This document shows, in pieces, positions 51,083 through 61,408 of a stretch of DNA of 64,000 bases. Below the pieces are notes generated by a model. That model was given only the letters and a program-made list of their open reading frames with translations. It did no database searches and was not told the DNA's origin. The stretch lies in the IMG/VR virus record IMGVR_UViG_650716025_000004; one strand, 5' to 3'. The stretch comes from a virus. The translations under genes and the position numbers were made by a program. Numbering within the stretch: position 1 is the first letter of the stretch; the number at the start of each line of letters is the position of its first letter.

Positions 51083-51210
51083 GACTTTTTTAGCTCCTCG
51101 CTTATACAGTGGAGGTTCACTGACTTTTTAAAACCCCATTTATACGGAAGAGGATCTCCGACTTTTTTAGCTCCTCGCTTATACAGTGGAGGTTCACTGA
51201 CTTTTTAAAC
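51083..51210 (-). ncRNA. Type III antitoxin RNA array (39-38-39 nt + partial)
   Basis: Units A 51083-51121, B 51122-51159, A 51160-51198, partial from 51199; each ends AAAAAGUC on the sense strand. Confidence 0.85.
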
Positions 51211-51518
51211 TCTTATATCTTATAGTTGAATACACATAAGATACATATCATCTCACGTACCTTATGTATAATATTACATATAAAAATACAAAATGTCAAT
51301 AATCTTTTGCTTTAATTTCATATTTATCAAAAGTCATCTGAATATTGCAAATTAAATAACCTATTATTTATTTAATAATCAATCTATTTTTACGTATAAC
51401 AAAAATAACTACTTAATTAAAAGTAGTATTTTTGTTGTTATGTGTTCCTATAATTTTTCTTACTTCAAGATGCTAAATCTTTTATTTAGCATAACTATAT
51501 TTTATTTATTTTTATAAA

Positions 51519-52253
51519 CTATTTAAATATCATTGCTGTAATCATAATTTGTCTATTATTAGGAGATATTTGCATATCACTTATATAATAACTATTATTT
51601 CTAGGAAGCAACACTTCAAGTTGTCCTGGGAAATAGCTAATAGGGTCTATATACCCTCCTTTTGATCCATTAGTTACTTTAAATTTAGTAACAATTGGTC
51701 TTCCTCCAAATTGCGCACTCATTAATGAAGTACTAATATATCCATATTCTGTTCTATCCTTTTTTAAAAATTTCGCTTTAACTTGTTCAAAAACAGTTTT
51801 ATTAATTGTTCCATCTTTATTAAGAATTTTATCTTGAAATTCTGGACCTAAATAAGCAGGGTCATCACCTCTAAAAAGAATAATATTTTGAGGCATCTTC
51901 ATCTTACTAAAAGATTGATCAATTAATTTAACTTTTTGTAATATATCAGCAGGTAATCCATTTTCATTCCCTTGATTTGCTCTTAATGGTCCATTGATCT
52001 TACTTGCATCTCTTGTATAAAATTTTATAGCTTCTTGTTCAGGTTTGCTTAGGCCATATTTTTTATATTGAGCATTTCCCCATTTTTTGGCTTCCTCAAC
52101 ATTGGTAAATTCTGTGAAAGTATCTGCATATGAACCTTTATCAACAGTACAAGCATAACATTTTTGAGGACTTTGAACTATACTCGTTGTTACCGGAGCT
52201 ATTACCCCTGCTGATAAAACTAAACATAAAATTGACTTTCTTATCCCTTTCAT
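51519..52253 (-). CDS. c3: C3 exoenzyme, Rho ADP-ribosyltransferase (C3bot2-type sequence)
   Basis: Recognised sequence MKGIRKSILCLVLSAGVIAPV...; LFRG, YISTSL (STS) and GQLE (QxE) motifs. Confidence 0.97.
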   Translation of the reverse strand: MKGIRKSILCLVLSAGVIAPVTTSIVQSPQKCYACTVDKGSYADTFTEFTNVEEAKKWGNAQYKKYGLSKPEQEAIKFYTRDASKINGPLRANQGNENGLPADILQKVKLIDQSFSKMKMPQNIILFRGDDPAYLGPEFQDKILNKDGTINKTVFEQVKAKFLKKDRTEYGYISTSLMSAQFGGRPIVTKFKVTNGSKGGYIDPISYFPGQLEVLLPRNNSYYISDMQISPNNRQIMITAMIFK

Positions 52254-52590
52254 AAAACCCCTCCTAAACTAAATTTATATATACATTTTACCATATATTA
52301 ACATTTTGTAAATAGCTTATTGCAACTTTTTAAATATATTTATTTCTAATAAAAATTATTTTAATAATTTATTATGAGTACATAATCTATTTTAAAATAC
52401 TTTTAGTAATATATATTTATTAATCTTATATATTTGTTAATATTAAATATTAATGATAGTACAATTATATTTTTTTACAGAATAATACTATATTTTTCTT
52501 TTTATAAATTTTATTTTTCACTATATTTTAGATTATATCTTAATAAATTTTAATAATTGATTTTCTTGAAACCCTTGATATATATAGAAC

Positions 52591-52635
52591 GAACAAACGT
52601 TTAGTATTGACATGTTCCTATATTTATTATATAAT
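52591..52635 (+). promoter_or_regulatory. Consensus sigma-A promoter with adjacent LexA-like box
   Basis: GAAC-AAAC-GTTT (52591-52602), then TTGACA(52607)-17-TATAAT(52630). Confidence 0.55.
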
Positions 52636-52865
52636 TTTCATTGTAAAAGTTATGTCAAATATCGTATCAATTACGACATTTACTGTTGACTATAAACAAC
52701 AACTTTTATCTTAAAATCGAACAAGCTACAGATAGGAAATAAATTATCTTATTATATTTACAATAAATTTTATAATAAAATTTTTATAAAATTCCATAAT
52801 AAAAAAGAAGATCATCAGTGTGCGAGACTGACAATCTTCTAATATTTTTGTTGTTGAATATGTTG

Positions 52866-53321
52866 TTACATTGGTGAGCATTGGATTATTGTAAATACGT
52901 TACATTTACGTCTATTAAATTTATTTAATAGTTCAAACCAGCTCCATTTATTATACTTGAAAATTTCAATAAATAAATTAAACTCTTCAGGTGTAAACAA
53001 CTGTAAAAATTTTTCTTCCATTAACATTTTTAATTTTGTATACTGTTTAGACTTGTACGCTTGTTCTATAGCTTTTACGTTTACATCTCCTCTTAAGTTA
53101 TTTTCTAATAAATAATTTCTTAATTTATATAATGCTATAATTGATTCTCCTAGTGAGCTATCGTCTAGTAAATATTCCTCGAATAAACAATTAGATAATT
53201 CATCTATTACTAAAAATGTTTTCATTGCAAGTGTTCTTTTATTTAAGTATTTATCTACTATTGTATTATTAGTTTTTTGTTTGCTTTTAATTTCTGGAGT
53301 ATTATTTTTTTTATATTCCAT
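52866..53321 (-). CDS. Hypothetical protein
   Basis: ORF followed by a hairpin terminator near 52805-52840. Confidence 0.5.
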   Translation of the reverse strand: MEYKKNNTPEIKSKQKTNNTIVDKYLNKRTLAMKTFLVIDELSNCLFEEYLLDDSSLGESIIALYKLRNYLLENNLRGDVNVKAIEQAYKSKQYTKLKMLMEEKFLQLFTPEEFNLFIEIFKYNKWSWFELLNKFNRRKCNVFTIIQCSPM

Positions 53322-53497
53322 TACATATTCCTTCCCCTCTTTAGCTTTTTAATAAAATAGTTAACCATTAATCCCCCTTTTTTCATATATTTATAATAAT
53401 ATATTATCTACTACACCAACTATTATAATATGCGTAAATACAATATTCAAGTCCATAGCTGGGTATAAATTCTTAATGTTCCATATATCGTACATTT

Positions 53498-54058
53498 TTA
53501 TTCCATATTTTTACACTTGTTTTTGTCAATTTTTTGAATGTAAAATAAGTCATGGATGCTCATATTTAATACATATGCTATCTTAACTATATTCATAAAA
53601 GTAGCTTTTGAAGGATTTCTTATAATATTGTTAAATGTAGTTCTAGGTATCCCTGTTTTTTTACATAATTCAACTTGTGTCATATCCTTTCTTTTCAACG
53701 CATATTTCACATTAGATTCTAATGTATAATTCCTATAAATAAAATCATATTCATTGCTACACTCCACATCATATCTACTATTATACACTTCTCTTACTAT
53801 ATGACTTTTGTCATCTATTTCCTCTAATGTATGTAGTATGTCATTCAAATCATTACATATTTTTATGAATCTATCACTTAAATCTTTTTCTATATTACTA
53901 TTATGTTCTATGTTCTTTTTTATCTCTTTAAAAAATTTTTCACTTCCAAGTTTGTTAATGATCTTTTGTACAACGTCATCTTCAAAATACTCTAATAATA
54001 TATTTATTGCTAGTTGTTTAACATCTTTAGATACTATCATCTTATCATTTGCTGTCAT
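53498..54058 (-). CDS. Protein with C-terminal XRE HTH
   Basis: MTQVELCKKTGIPRTTFNNI...KIAYVLNMSIHDLF. Confidence 0.75.
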   Translation of the reverse strand: MTANDKMIVSKDVKQLAINILLEYFEDDVVQKIINKLGSEKFFKEIKKNIEHNSNIEKDLSDRFIKICNDLNDILHTLEEIDDKSHIVREVYNSRYDVECSNEYDFIYRNYTLESNVKYALKRKDMTQVELCKKTGIPRTTFNNIIRNPSKATFMNIVKIAYVLNMSIHDLFYIQKIDKNKCKNME

Positions 54059-54080
54059 TCATATATCCTCACATTATTAT

Positions 54081-54617
54081 TTAATATGCTTTTTCAATAC
54101 ATTTTTTTATCATATTCTTAGCATTTTGTTTATTAAAATTACCCTGTTCATCATTACATGAACCTTCATTCTTTAATATTTCATTTACCCATTTATAATT
54201 TATAATATCTTCAATTGAATCTACCAATGTAGATGTTATTCCAACTTTTAAATGTTTATGGATATTTTTATTTTGATGATCTTCTTTACATTCTATAAAA
54301 TAATCATATATATATTCTTTTAAAAATTTTTCGAACTCATCTATATTTTTCATTGATTGTGAACTATTAGTTTCATCTAAATATAATATATATTTTGCAA
54401 ATTGAATTTCATATCTTCCTTTAACTTCTCTACGCCAAAAGTCTATTATTTTTAAGATATATATAAATCTTATTTTATATTTTTTCTTTTCTGTAAGTTT
54501 TCTTTCAATTTGATATTTTATAAGCCCACCAATCCCCTTGTTTTCTCCATTTCTATTAGCATTTATATATCCATTTATTCTACCCCTGTCCATATGATTA
54601 TTCCCCTTCTTGTACAC
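54081..54617 (-). CDS. Hypothetical protein
   Basis: Open 178-aa frame; start uncertain. Confidence 0.5.
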   Translation of the reverse strand: MYKKGNNHMDRGRINGYINANRNGENKGIGGLIKYQIERKLTEKKKYKIRFIYILKIIDFWRREVKGRYEIQFAKYILYLDETNSSQSMKNIDEFEKFLKEYIYDYFIECKEDHQNKNIHKHLKVGITSTLVDSIEDIINYKWVNEILKNEGSCNDEQGNFNKQNAKNMIKKCIEKAY

Positions 54618-55066
54618 TGTTTTATGGTAAACACTTTACCATCGGTAGTTAAATATGTCAATTTATTTTCTAACTATTTGTAAATATGTAATACATTTCG
54701 TATATTGAATTTATTATTCATATATATAAATATAATTGCAATATAATTAATTTCATATAACATATTATTTTATTATCATAAACATTTTAAATTTTATTTA
54801 AAATTAATGTTATTTTTGTTGCAATAATTATCTAAAATGGTATAATATAATTAATCGTATCATACATTAGTACTGTATGTTTTAAAAGAACATTGATAGA
54901 CTACGACTCTGGTTATCAATGTTCTTTTAATTTTGTATATTTCTATATCTTTAATTGTCATTTATTAAATATTCTAAATTATCTTTATCCAAATATTTTT
55001 AATAAAAACACATTACAATATTTAATATAAAGATAGGACAAACTAATTAGCTTGTCCTAAAATAAA

Positions 55067-55453
55067 TTATTCTGTTGCTTCTTCTTTAGCTATAACTATT
55101 GGGGTTTTAAATTCTTTAATTACGTTGTCATTAACCTTACTCCATACTTGTTTGTTAATAACATCAAGTTCTTCATCTGTTAAACTTGGAAAATGTGATT
55201 TTAATATTCTATCCATTTCATTCTTTTTAGCTTCACCAGACTTTATTAGATCCTTGAAATTATGCTCTAATAAAGTGTATACTCCTTCAGCCATATACAT
55301 TGCATTATTATACACTTCAGCTTTTCCTTGTTGAATTGCTAAAGCCTTCTTTTTCTTTATAAATGATTGTATTTGTAATGTTAATTGACCTACTAACATT
55401 ATTACTATAGCAAATATACATTTTATAATCTCATTTAATAATTGTTCTTTCAT
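55067..55453 (-). CDS. Holin-like protein
   Basis: N-terminal TM helix; directly downstream of the endolysin. Confidence 0.65.
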   Translation of the reverse strand: MKEQLLNEIIKCIFAIVIMLVGQLTLQIQSFIKKKKALAIQQGKAEVYNNAMYMAEGVYTLLEHNFKDLIKSGEAKKNEMDRILKSHFPSLTDEELDVINKQVWSKVNDNVIKEFKTPIVIAKEEATE

Positions 55454-55499
55454 ATAAACTTCCTCCTTTTATATGTATGGATTTTAATTGATTTACCTA

Positions 55500-56414
55500 T
55501 TATCTTGGAGATGTAGCTTTTTTAGGTATCCATGCTTTTACACCATTAATATCTAATAGATAAAATTCTAACTTTTCATCTATTGCAGTAATAAATTGAT
55601 CTTTATAAAAATACTTGGATATATTCACAAACCCATCTCTAATTTGTATTGCGGGAGAATCATAAATCATTTTTAAAGGTAGTGGCTTAAATCTTCTATC
55701 CTCTAAATTACTAAGGATTTTATTCCAAGTACTCTGGCCAACTATTCCATCCGCACTTAATTCGTTATTTCTTTGAAATGAAATAACTGCATTTTTAGTC
55801 TCTTGACCAAATATACCATCTGCATTTCCACAAGTATATCCTAATTTATTTAAATTAGCTTGTAATTGTTTTACTTTATCTTCTTTACTTCCTATCTTTA
55901 GCAAACCAGAAGAACTATTAACCGATGCATTAGATATTTGACTTTTGAAATCATTCCATAAACTAGGCGAATCCAACATTTTTCTAGGGCAATACTTTTT
56001 ACAAGCATCGTAGTGTTTAACTACTCTACTAGCAGGTATTTTAGTAGTAGATATTAAATATTTAGTTAACTCAATTGCATTTTGTCTTGCTTTAGAGTAA
56101 TTACTGTCTTCATTGACACATATTTCAATGCCAATAGAATTTTTATTCCCTATTCCACCAATTGGAGGAGTTCCATATTTAACACCTACGTGACTAGCTA
56201 CAGTCCAATGTTCGTGTACTTGTACTATATTACTTTCATCTACATAATAATGTGCTGAACAAGATAAATTTCCATTTGCTAATGCTCTCGCATGGCATAA
56301 AGCGTTAGCCCCTTTATCTTCATTGTCGGTTTCGTGTATAACTATCCATGTTGGATAATTAACACCACCTTGAGCACCATTACTAGTTATTTTTCTAATA
56401 ATATTAACATCCAT
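55500..56414 (-). CDS. Endolysin: N-acetylmuramoyl-L-alanine amidase (Amidase_2) + PG_binding_1
   Basis: IVIHETDN, SAHYYVD, IGIEIC, HYDACKKYCP; VKQLQ..L..LGY..G.ADGIFG.ET..AV..FQ. Confidence 0.92.
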   Translation of the reverse strand: MDVNIIRKITSNGAQGGVNYPTWIVIHETDNEDKGANALCHARALANGNLSCSAHYYVDESNIVQVHEHWTVASHVGVKYGTPPIGGIGNKNSIGIEICVNEDSNYSKARQNAIELTKYLISTTKIPASRVVKHYDACKKYCPRKMLDSPSLWNDFKSQISNASVNSSSGLLKIGSKEDKVKQLQANLNKLGYTCGNADGIFGQETKNAVISFQRNNELSADGIVGQSTWNKILSNLEDRRFKPLPLKMIYDSPAIQIRDGFVNISKYFYKDQFITAIDEKLEFYLLDINGVKAWIPKKATSPR

Positions 56415-56477
56415 GACAGCGCATCTCCTTTCTTCAAACTCTAAAATTAAAAAATAAGGGAGAACCTTTTAGCTCTC

Positions 56478-56717
56478 CTAGTTAATTTCAACTATTTCTA
56501 TATTTCCATTATTTTTGATGTATTTTATAGTAACATTATCTTTTAATTCCTTGTCTAACAGCTTAAAAGAAAAACCTTCTATTTGTATACAATTACCTTT
56601 GATATTCTTACTATTAAAGATAATTGTATTTATATTTTTCTTTTTTTTACTATTTATTTTCTTACCGTCTATACTTTTTTCTATTGTGTTATCCTTGTTT
56701 TCTACTACAGTATCCAT
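56478..56717 (-). CDS. Hypothetical small protein
   Basis: ORF after the tail tube gene. Confidence 0.5.
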   Translation of the reverse strand: MDTVVENKDNTIEKSIDGKKINSKKKKNINTIIFNSKNIKGNCIQIEGFSFKLLDKELKDNVTIKYIKNNGNIEIVEIN

Positions 56718-56734
56718 AATCTTATCAACACCTT

Positions 56735-57526
56735 TTATTCTTCGTCCATTTCTATGTCAAACACAACCATGTCTTTACCATTTGAAGGTTTTAAACACTC
56801 AAAATCAAATTTAAATGTTGAAGGATCTCCATCACCTTTCATATTTACACTAAATTTTCCTTCTAATTTAGCCTTTGGTATTGTGATGTGACAAGGTCTA
56901 TCAATTCCGTCCTCTGTTCTGAACAACGTATCTGCTTCCAATGCAAATGTTTTAGGAAAATCATCACTTGTAATAGTCAAAGTAGTGACATTTGCTTCTG
57001 ACATGTAATAATAATCTATAAGTATAGTTTTCCCTACTAAATCTTCATGAACAATAACTGTTTTATTATCACTCTTATCTATATCATATTCTTCAGATGT
57101 GGGACTTCCACTTGATTTTGCCTTTGTTAGTTCTTTTGATGGAATAGTACCGCTAATATCAGATAGTGCAACATAAAATATATGTTTCTTATCTACACTA
57201 GGTTCATGAGATAATATTACTTTTTTATTCTCATCCACCTCAAATTTCTCTTTTTTATGTATAACTTTCTTTTCTCTGCTTATCTTACTTCCTGAAAGAA
57301 CAGCAAAAGATTCTGGAGATAATAAAGCATCTTCATTCTTGAATTTTACGTCCTTCTTTCCGCTCCATCCTATGAGCTTAGGCATACCCTGTCCACCGAC
57401 CGCATACACCGTATTAGACCCTACTTCTATATTATTCATTTTTAATGTTTCTAAATATATTTTAGGTTTTTTATTTGCAATATCTTTTATAACAACATTG
57501 CATACTTCTCTTGAACCAAATCTCAT
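56735..57526 (-). CDS. Major tail (tube) protein, probable
   Basis: MRFGSREVCNV...GG.G..KLIGW...; synteny. Confidence 0.65.
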   Translation of the reverse strand: MRFGSREVCNVVIKDIANKKPKIYLETLKMNNIEVGSNTVYAVGGQGMPKLIGWSGKKDVKFKNEDALLSPESFAVLSGSKISREKKVIHKKEKFEVDENKKVILSHEPSVDKKHIFYVALSDISGTIPSKELTKAKSSGSPTSEEYDIDKSDNKTVIVHEDLVGKTILIDYYYMSEANVTTLTITSDDFPKTFALEADTLFRTEDGIDRPCHITIPKAKLEGKFSVNMKGDGDPSTFKFDFECLKPSNGKDMVVFDIEMDEE

Positions 57527-57541
57527 AAAATTTCCTCCTGT

Positions 57542-58282
57542 TTAATTTATTTTTTTTATAAATGTAGGATTTTCTCCTTCCATTTTTGCACCATGTAATA
57601 ATGCTTGTATATTTACATCGTATTGCTCTAATATTTGAATTCTTTGAAATTGATCGTTAAATTGAAACATGTTATAATCCCATACATCTAATAGGTTAGT
57701 ATTATTATTGTAAGAACAATAAATTGAAACCAAATCAAATAATGTTAAATTTAAGTTCTCTTTTGCTTTATTTAACTTTTCCTTACCCTTCTTCAGCTTT
57801 TCTAAAATTTCTCTGCCTTTTTTACTTTTAACATTGTAGCCATCTTCTTTTTTTTGTTCTATAGAATTTTGCACTTTAATTATTGTTTGTATACTTTTAA
57901 ATATGTCATTTGTAATGATATTTTCTTTCAGAATTTTATTAACATATATTTTATTATCAAAAAAGTGCATTTTACTTCTTAAAAATAATGATAAGGCATT
58001 TAAAAACATAATTTTAAAATTTGCATCTTGGATACAACTATTAATTATAAAATCTAATGTAGTAATATTAGCTAAAGATTGATAGTTATATTCAATATCC
58101 TTTAAATCTATGCATATGTAGTTCAAAGATTTATTATAAATATCATATCCTAATGTAGTAATTTCTTTAAGCGTTAGAGGGTATATAGTTATTGATTTAG
58201 TTATACTTATAGGTATATTAGCCAGTGTTTTTAGCTTGATGTCATCAACGTCTACTTCAACTAAATTAGCATTTTTATTCAT
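57542..58282 (-). CDS. Tail morphogenesis protein
   Basis: Synteny in the morphogenesis operon. Confidence 0.5.
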   Translation of the reverse strand: MNKNANLVEVDVDDIKLKTLANIPISITKSITIYPLTLKEITTLGYDIYNKSLNYICIDLKDIEYNYQSLANITTLDFIINSCIQDANFKIMFLNALSLFLRSKMHFFDNKIYVNKILKENIITNDIFKSIQTIIKVQNSIEQKKEDGYNVKSKKGREILEKLKKGKEKLNKAKENLNLTLFDLVSIYCSYNNNTNLLDVWDYNMFQFNDQFQRIQILEQYDVNIQALLHGAKMEGENPTFIKKIN

Positions 58283-58284
58283 AG

Positions 58285-58812
58285 CTATCTGAAATCCTTT
58301 ATGAAATATCTTAAACTATATCCAACCATATCATTAGTCATAATTATATTCCAACTTAGCTTATTTAGATCTCCTACTCCTAAACCATGCGCTCCTGTCA
58401 AAGTCTTTTGTATCTCATACTTAATTTCTAAATCCCTTCTGCCTTTATTAATAAGAAGAATATCCTTGTCGTTACTAACTAATATATCTATTTGTAAGGT
58501 AGAGTCTTGGAATACCCCTCCTTGTTCTCTACCATCAATCCAATTTACATAAATACGGCTTCCTTTAACCGTAGTTGTATTTATATCTTTTGGATAAGGA
58601 AATATATATTCATTAATAATAGGATTTTTCTTACTTATTTCAATACCTTCAGCCTTAAACGGTTGATTATTAGGGATAGTTAACAATTTTAATAAATTTT
58701 GATTATCCATTAATGTATAAACTACATCAAAAAGATATTTGTTTAAAGTACAACTATCTTTTAACTCTAATCCATGTTTAAATTCACTATCTTTATAAGT
58801 TGTAATTGGCAT
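58285..58812 (-). CDS. Tail terminator/completion protein, probable
   Basis: Synteny; typical size and beta pattern. Confidence 0.45.
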   Translation of the reverse strand: MPITTYKDSEFKHGLELKDSCTLNKYLFDVVYTLMDNQNLLKLLTIPNNQPFKAEGIEISKKNPIINEYIFPYPKDINTTTVKGSRIYVNWIDGREQGGVFQDSTLQIDILVSNDKDILLINKGRRDLEIKYEIQKTLTGAHGLGVGDLNKLSWNIIMTNDMVGYSLRYFIKDFR

Positions 58813-58827
58813 TTAATCAACTCCATT

Positions 58828-59712
58828 CTATTCAGCTAATAAAGGTTCGGTATAGAATTCTAATAGTCCCATTGAACTTGTATCTGAGCTAGATATTAAA
58901 GTCTTCATTAATGTCATCATTTTAGCTTCATCTACAGGCAAACTTTTATATATATAAAAATCTTTTAAATTATCATATACAGTTAGTAAAAATTCACCTT
59001 CAACTACTTTTACAGAATCTTTTAATCTATAGATTACATCAAAGTATTGAAATCTTTTCTTAATCTCTTCTAATGTAAGACTTAAAGGTTTTGTAACTAT
59101 CTTTTTAACAGTTTTAATTATGGTTTTAGTTTTCACCTCCCCTTCTGGACTAATAACAGTTGCAGATAATTGACTTACAGTAGGTGCTTCAACACTTCTT
59201 GATTTTGCTACTATTTCAGTATGCTCATTATCTTTTGAAGTATCATGTTCAGCAGTTACTCCTTTACCTGAGTCTTCTTTTGCCTTATTTTTTTCATCTT
59301 CAGTCTGAGTGCCTGCCTCTTTGCTCTCTACCTTACTGTCATTTTTAACAGCAGGTTGCAATTCAGTCATTGGAATACTATTATCAGGAACTTCTTCTTT
59401 CACTTGTTCCTCAACTTCAACTTTCTCAGTTTTAGCAATTACTAAATAAATAGTATTACTAGCATCAACGGCAAATTTACCTATGCTGGCCTCACTATCT
59501 ATTTCAGCCATAGGTATTTCTTCAAGTTGTTTACCGTCGTTATCAAATATTTCTACAAAATGATTAACAATACTTGAATTAGGCTCACAAATTGATGGTA
59601 ATGGTTTTAATTTTGCTACTGCTACATTTGTATAAGTTACAGTATCTAAACTTAGAATATCATCCTTAGTAATATGCCATCTTTTCTTTTTTCCGTCTAT
59701 CATGTACAACAC
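58828..59712 (-). CDS. Virion-associated protein with low-complexity acidic insert
   Basis: Synteny; E/K/T-rich central region. Confidence 0.45.
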   Translation of the reverse strand: MLYMIDGKKKRWHITKDDILSLDTVTYTNVAVAKLKPLPSICEPNSSIVNHFVEIFDNDGKQLEEIPMAEIDSEASIGKFAVDASNTIYLVIAKTEKVEVEEQVKEEVPDNSIPMTELQPAVKNDSKVESKEAGTQTEDEKNKAKEDSGKGVTAEHDTSKDNEHTEIVAKSRSVEAPTVSQLSATVISPEGEVKTKTIIKTVKKIVTKPLSLTLEEIKKRFQYFDVIYRLKDSVKVVEGEFLLTVYDNLKDFYIYKSLPVDEAKMMTLMKTLISSSDTSSMGLLEFYTEPLLAE

Positions 59713-59753
59713 CTTCCATTTGTTTTATTTTTTTAATTTGTTCTATATTTATT

Positions 59754-60968
59754 TTAATTATAATCTGATATCCAAGCAGACATAATCTCAATCTTTTTAA
59801 TTTCTTCATTGTCTATTCTATTTTTACAATGTAACAATACTATTCCTTCATCTTGATTACGGTTTGCTTCTATAGTACAAGTACAGTTTTCTTTATCAAC
59901 TTTTATAATCTTAGCTAATTTAGTTTTTTTACCATTCTCATCAGTTAAAGTGAATTCACATACATCATTATATGGTTCTCCATTATCTACAAATGTAACT
60001 TTATATGTAGCTTTTCTACCCCATGCTAATATTGATTTACCTTGGATTTGAGTTGTAAAATTATTAGTTTGATTCTCTAATATATGAACATCTACCGTCT
60101 TTTGAATTCCTTTATATTCAATTGTAAGCTGACAAGTTCCATATTTTAGCCCTACTATTTTATCATCTTCAATTTTAGCTATTTCTTCATTTGAAATAGT
60201 GTATTTTAATGTAGGATCATCAACTTTTTTATCATTTTTGAAGCATTGAATATCAAGAGTTGCAGTTGTCCCCAAAGTTGATAAAAGTGGGGTTTTATTT
60301 AGTATTTTAAAATCATAATGGTTTTGATATTTATAATAATCTGCTATACCTAATTCAAGATTATCAGTATTATTATTAAACTCATCTTGTTCACACATTA
60401 TTTTTAACAACCCTTTATCATCTTCATTAATAAAAGTAACTTTCCAACAATGTCTATTAATTATTAATCTCATATCTTCATATATAGTTTGAGTCACTTC
60501 ATTAAGAGGCAATATAATACTTTCTTTAGAATTACCCCATTGTTTATATTTATCCTCTGTAACACCTGTAGTATACAACTGTTCATTGTTTATCAATGCT
60601 ACATGTGTTTGAATTTGACCATCTTTAGATATCCATTTTAATAAGTGATTAAATTTTCTCATTTTAGAAGTATTGTAAAATGGATTATCTTTATCTATAT
60701 CGGAAATAACAATATAATCTTCATTCATATAATTAATCATATGTCCTCTACTAATTTCAATATCCTTAGATGAAATTACATATCTTTCTTCCTTAAATTC
60801 ACTAGTAGGATTACTATGGTTTCTTACTATAACATTTTGTTTATTTCCTTCAATTAATACATTTGTGCCTTCGGACTTTAATTGTTGTTTAAATAATTTG
60901 TACGCGCTCCATTTTACTTTATCAACCGTGGAAGAACGATAATTACTATAATCTTTCATATATATCAT
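59754..60968 (-). CDS. Head closure/connector protein with Ig-like C-terminus
   Basis: Synteny; C-terminal Ig-like strands (YTISNEEIAKI...GTCQLTI). Confidence 0.55.
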   Translation of the reverse strand: MIYMKDYSNYRSSTVDKVKWSAYKLFKQQLKSEGTNVLIEGNKQNVIVRNHSNPTSEFKEERYVISSKDIEISRGHMINYMNEDYIVISDIDKDNPFYNTSKMRKFNHLLKWISKDGQIQTHVALINNEQLYTTGVTEDKYKQWGNSKESIILPLNEVTQTIYEDMRLIINRHCWKVTFINEDDKGLLKIMCEQDEFNNNTDNLELGIADYYKYQNHYDFKILNKTPLLSTLGTTATLDIQCFKNDKKVDDPTLKYTISNEEIAKIEDDKIVGLKYGTCQLTIEYKGIQKTVDVHILENQTNNFTTQIQGKSILAWGRKATYKVTFVDNGEPYNDVCEFTLTDENGKKTKLAKIIKVDKENCTCTIEANRNQDEGIVLLHCKNRIDNEEIKKIEIMSAWISDYN

Positions 60969-60973
60969 ACTCC

Positions 60974-61390
60974 CTAGTTATAATCAAAATTTTCCATATT
61001 GTTTAGCAATTCATTTATTTTATTTCTAGTCCTTGCCAAAGTTGATTCTCTTCCTTGTAATTGTTCTCTGTAGAATTTCTGACCAACTTCTTTTTGAAAT
61101 GGTTGCCATAGTTCTTCAAATTCAATTAGTTCATTTTCTAAATATGAATATCTTAAACAATAAGCTAATAATAATAATTGTGTATTATCTAAAGAAATAT
61201 TCACTTGTTCTTTTTCATCATCATATTTTAAAGTAGTATCAGATTCATCAATTGAAGTGTTGTAATGTATAATTGCATTATGTATCAGTTGATACTTACC
61301 TTCATTTGACTTTGGTAAATTATCCGTATCTATACCACAATTGTCAAGAAAACAAGTGAATATTTCATCATAAGAAGTATATGAGGTCAC
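60974..61390 (-). CDS. Head-tail adaptor, probable
   Basis: Small helical protein after the capsid genes. Confidence 0.5.
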   Translation of the reverse strand: MTSYTSYDEIFTCFLDNCGIDTDNLPKSNEGKYQLIHNAIIHYNTSIDESDTTLKYDDEKEQVNISLDNTQLLLLAYCLRYSYLENELIEFEELWQPFQKEVGQKFYREQLQGRESTLARTRNKINELLNNMENFDYN

Positions 61391-61408
61391 TTAAATCACC
61401 TCACTTTA

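Noticed and set aside
51083-51210. Possible mini CRISPR array
   Set aside because: Units are contiguous with no unique spacers, and there are no cas genes; the terminator + ToxN layout explains them as a type III antitoxin
59100-59420. Low-complexity insert in the 294-aa virion gene as a repeat or variable element
   Set aside because: No tandem or template/variable repeat pair and no reverse transcriptase; consistent with a disordered linker
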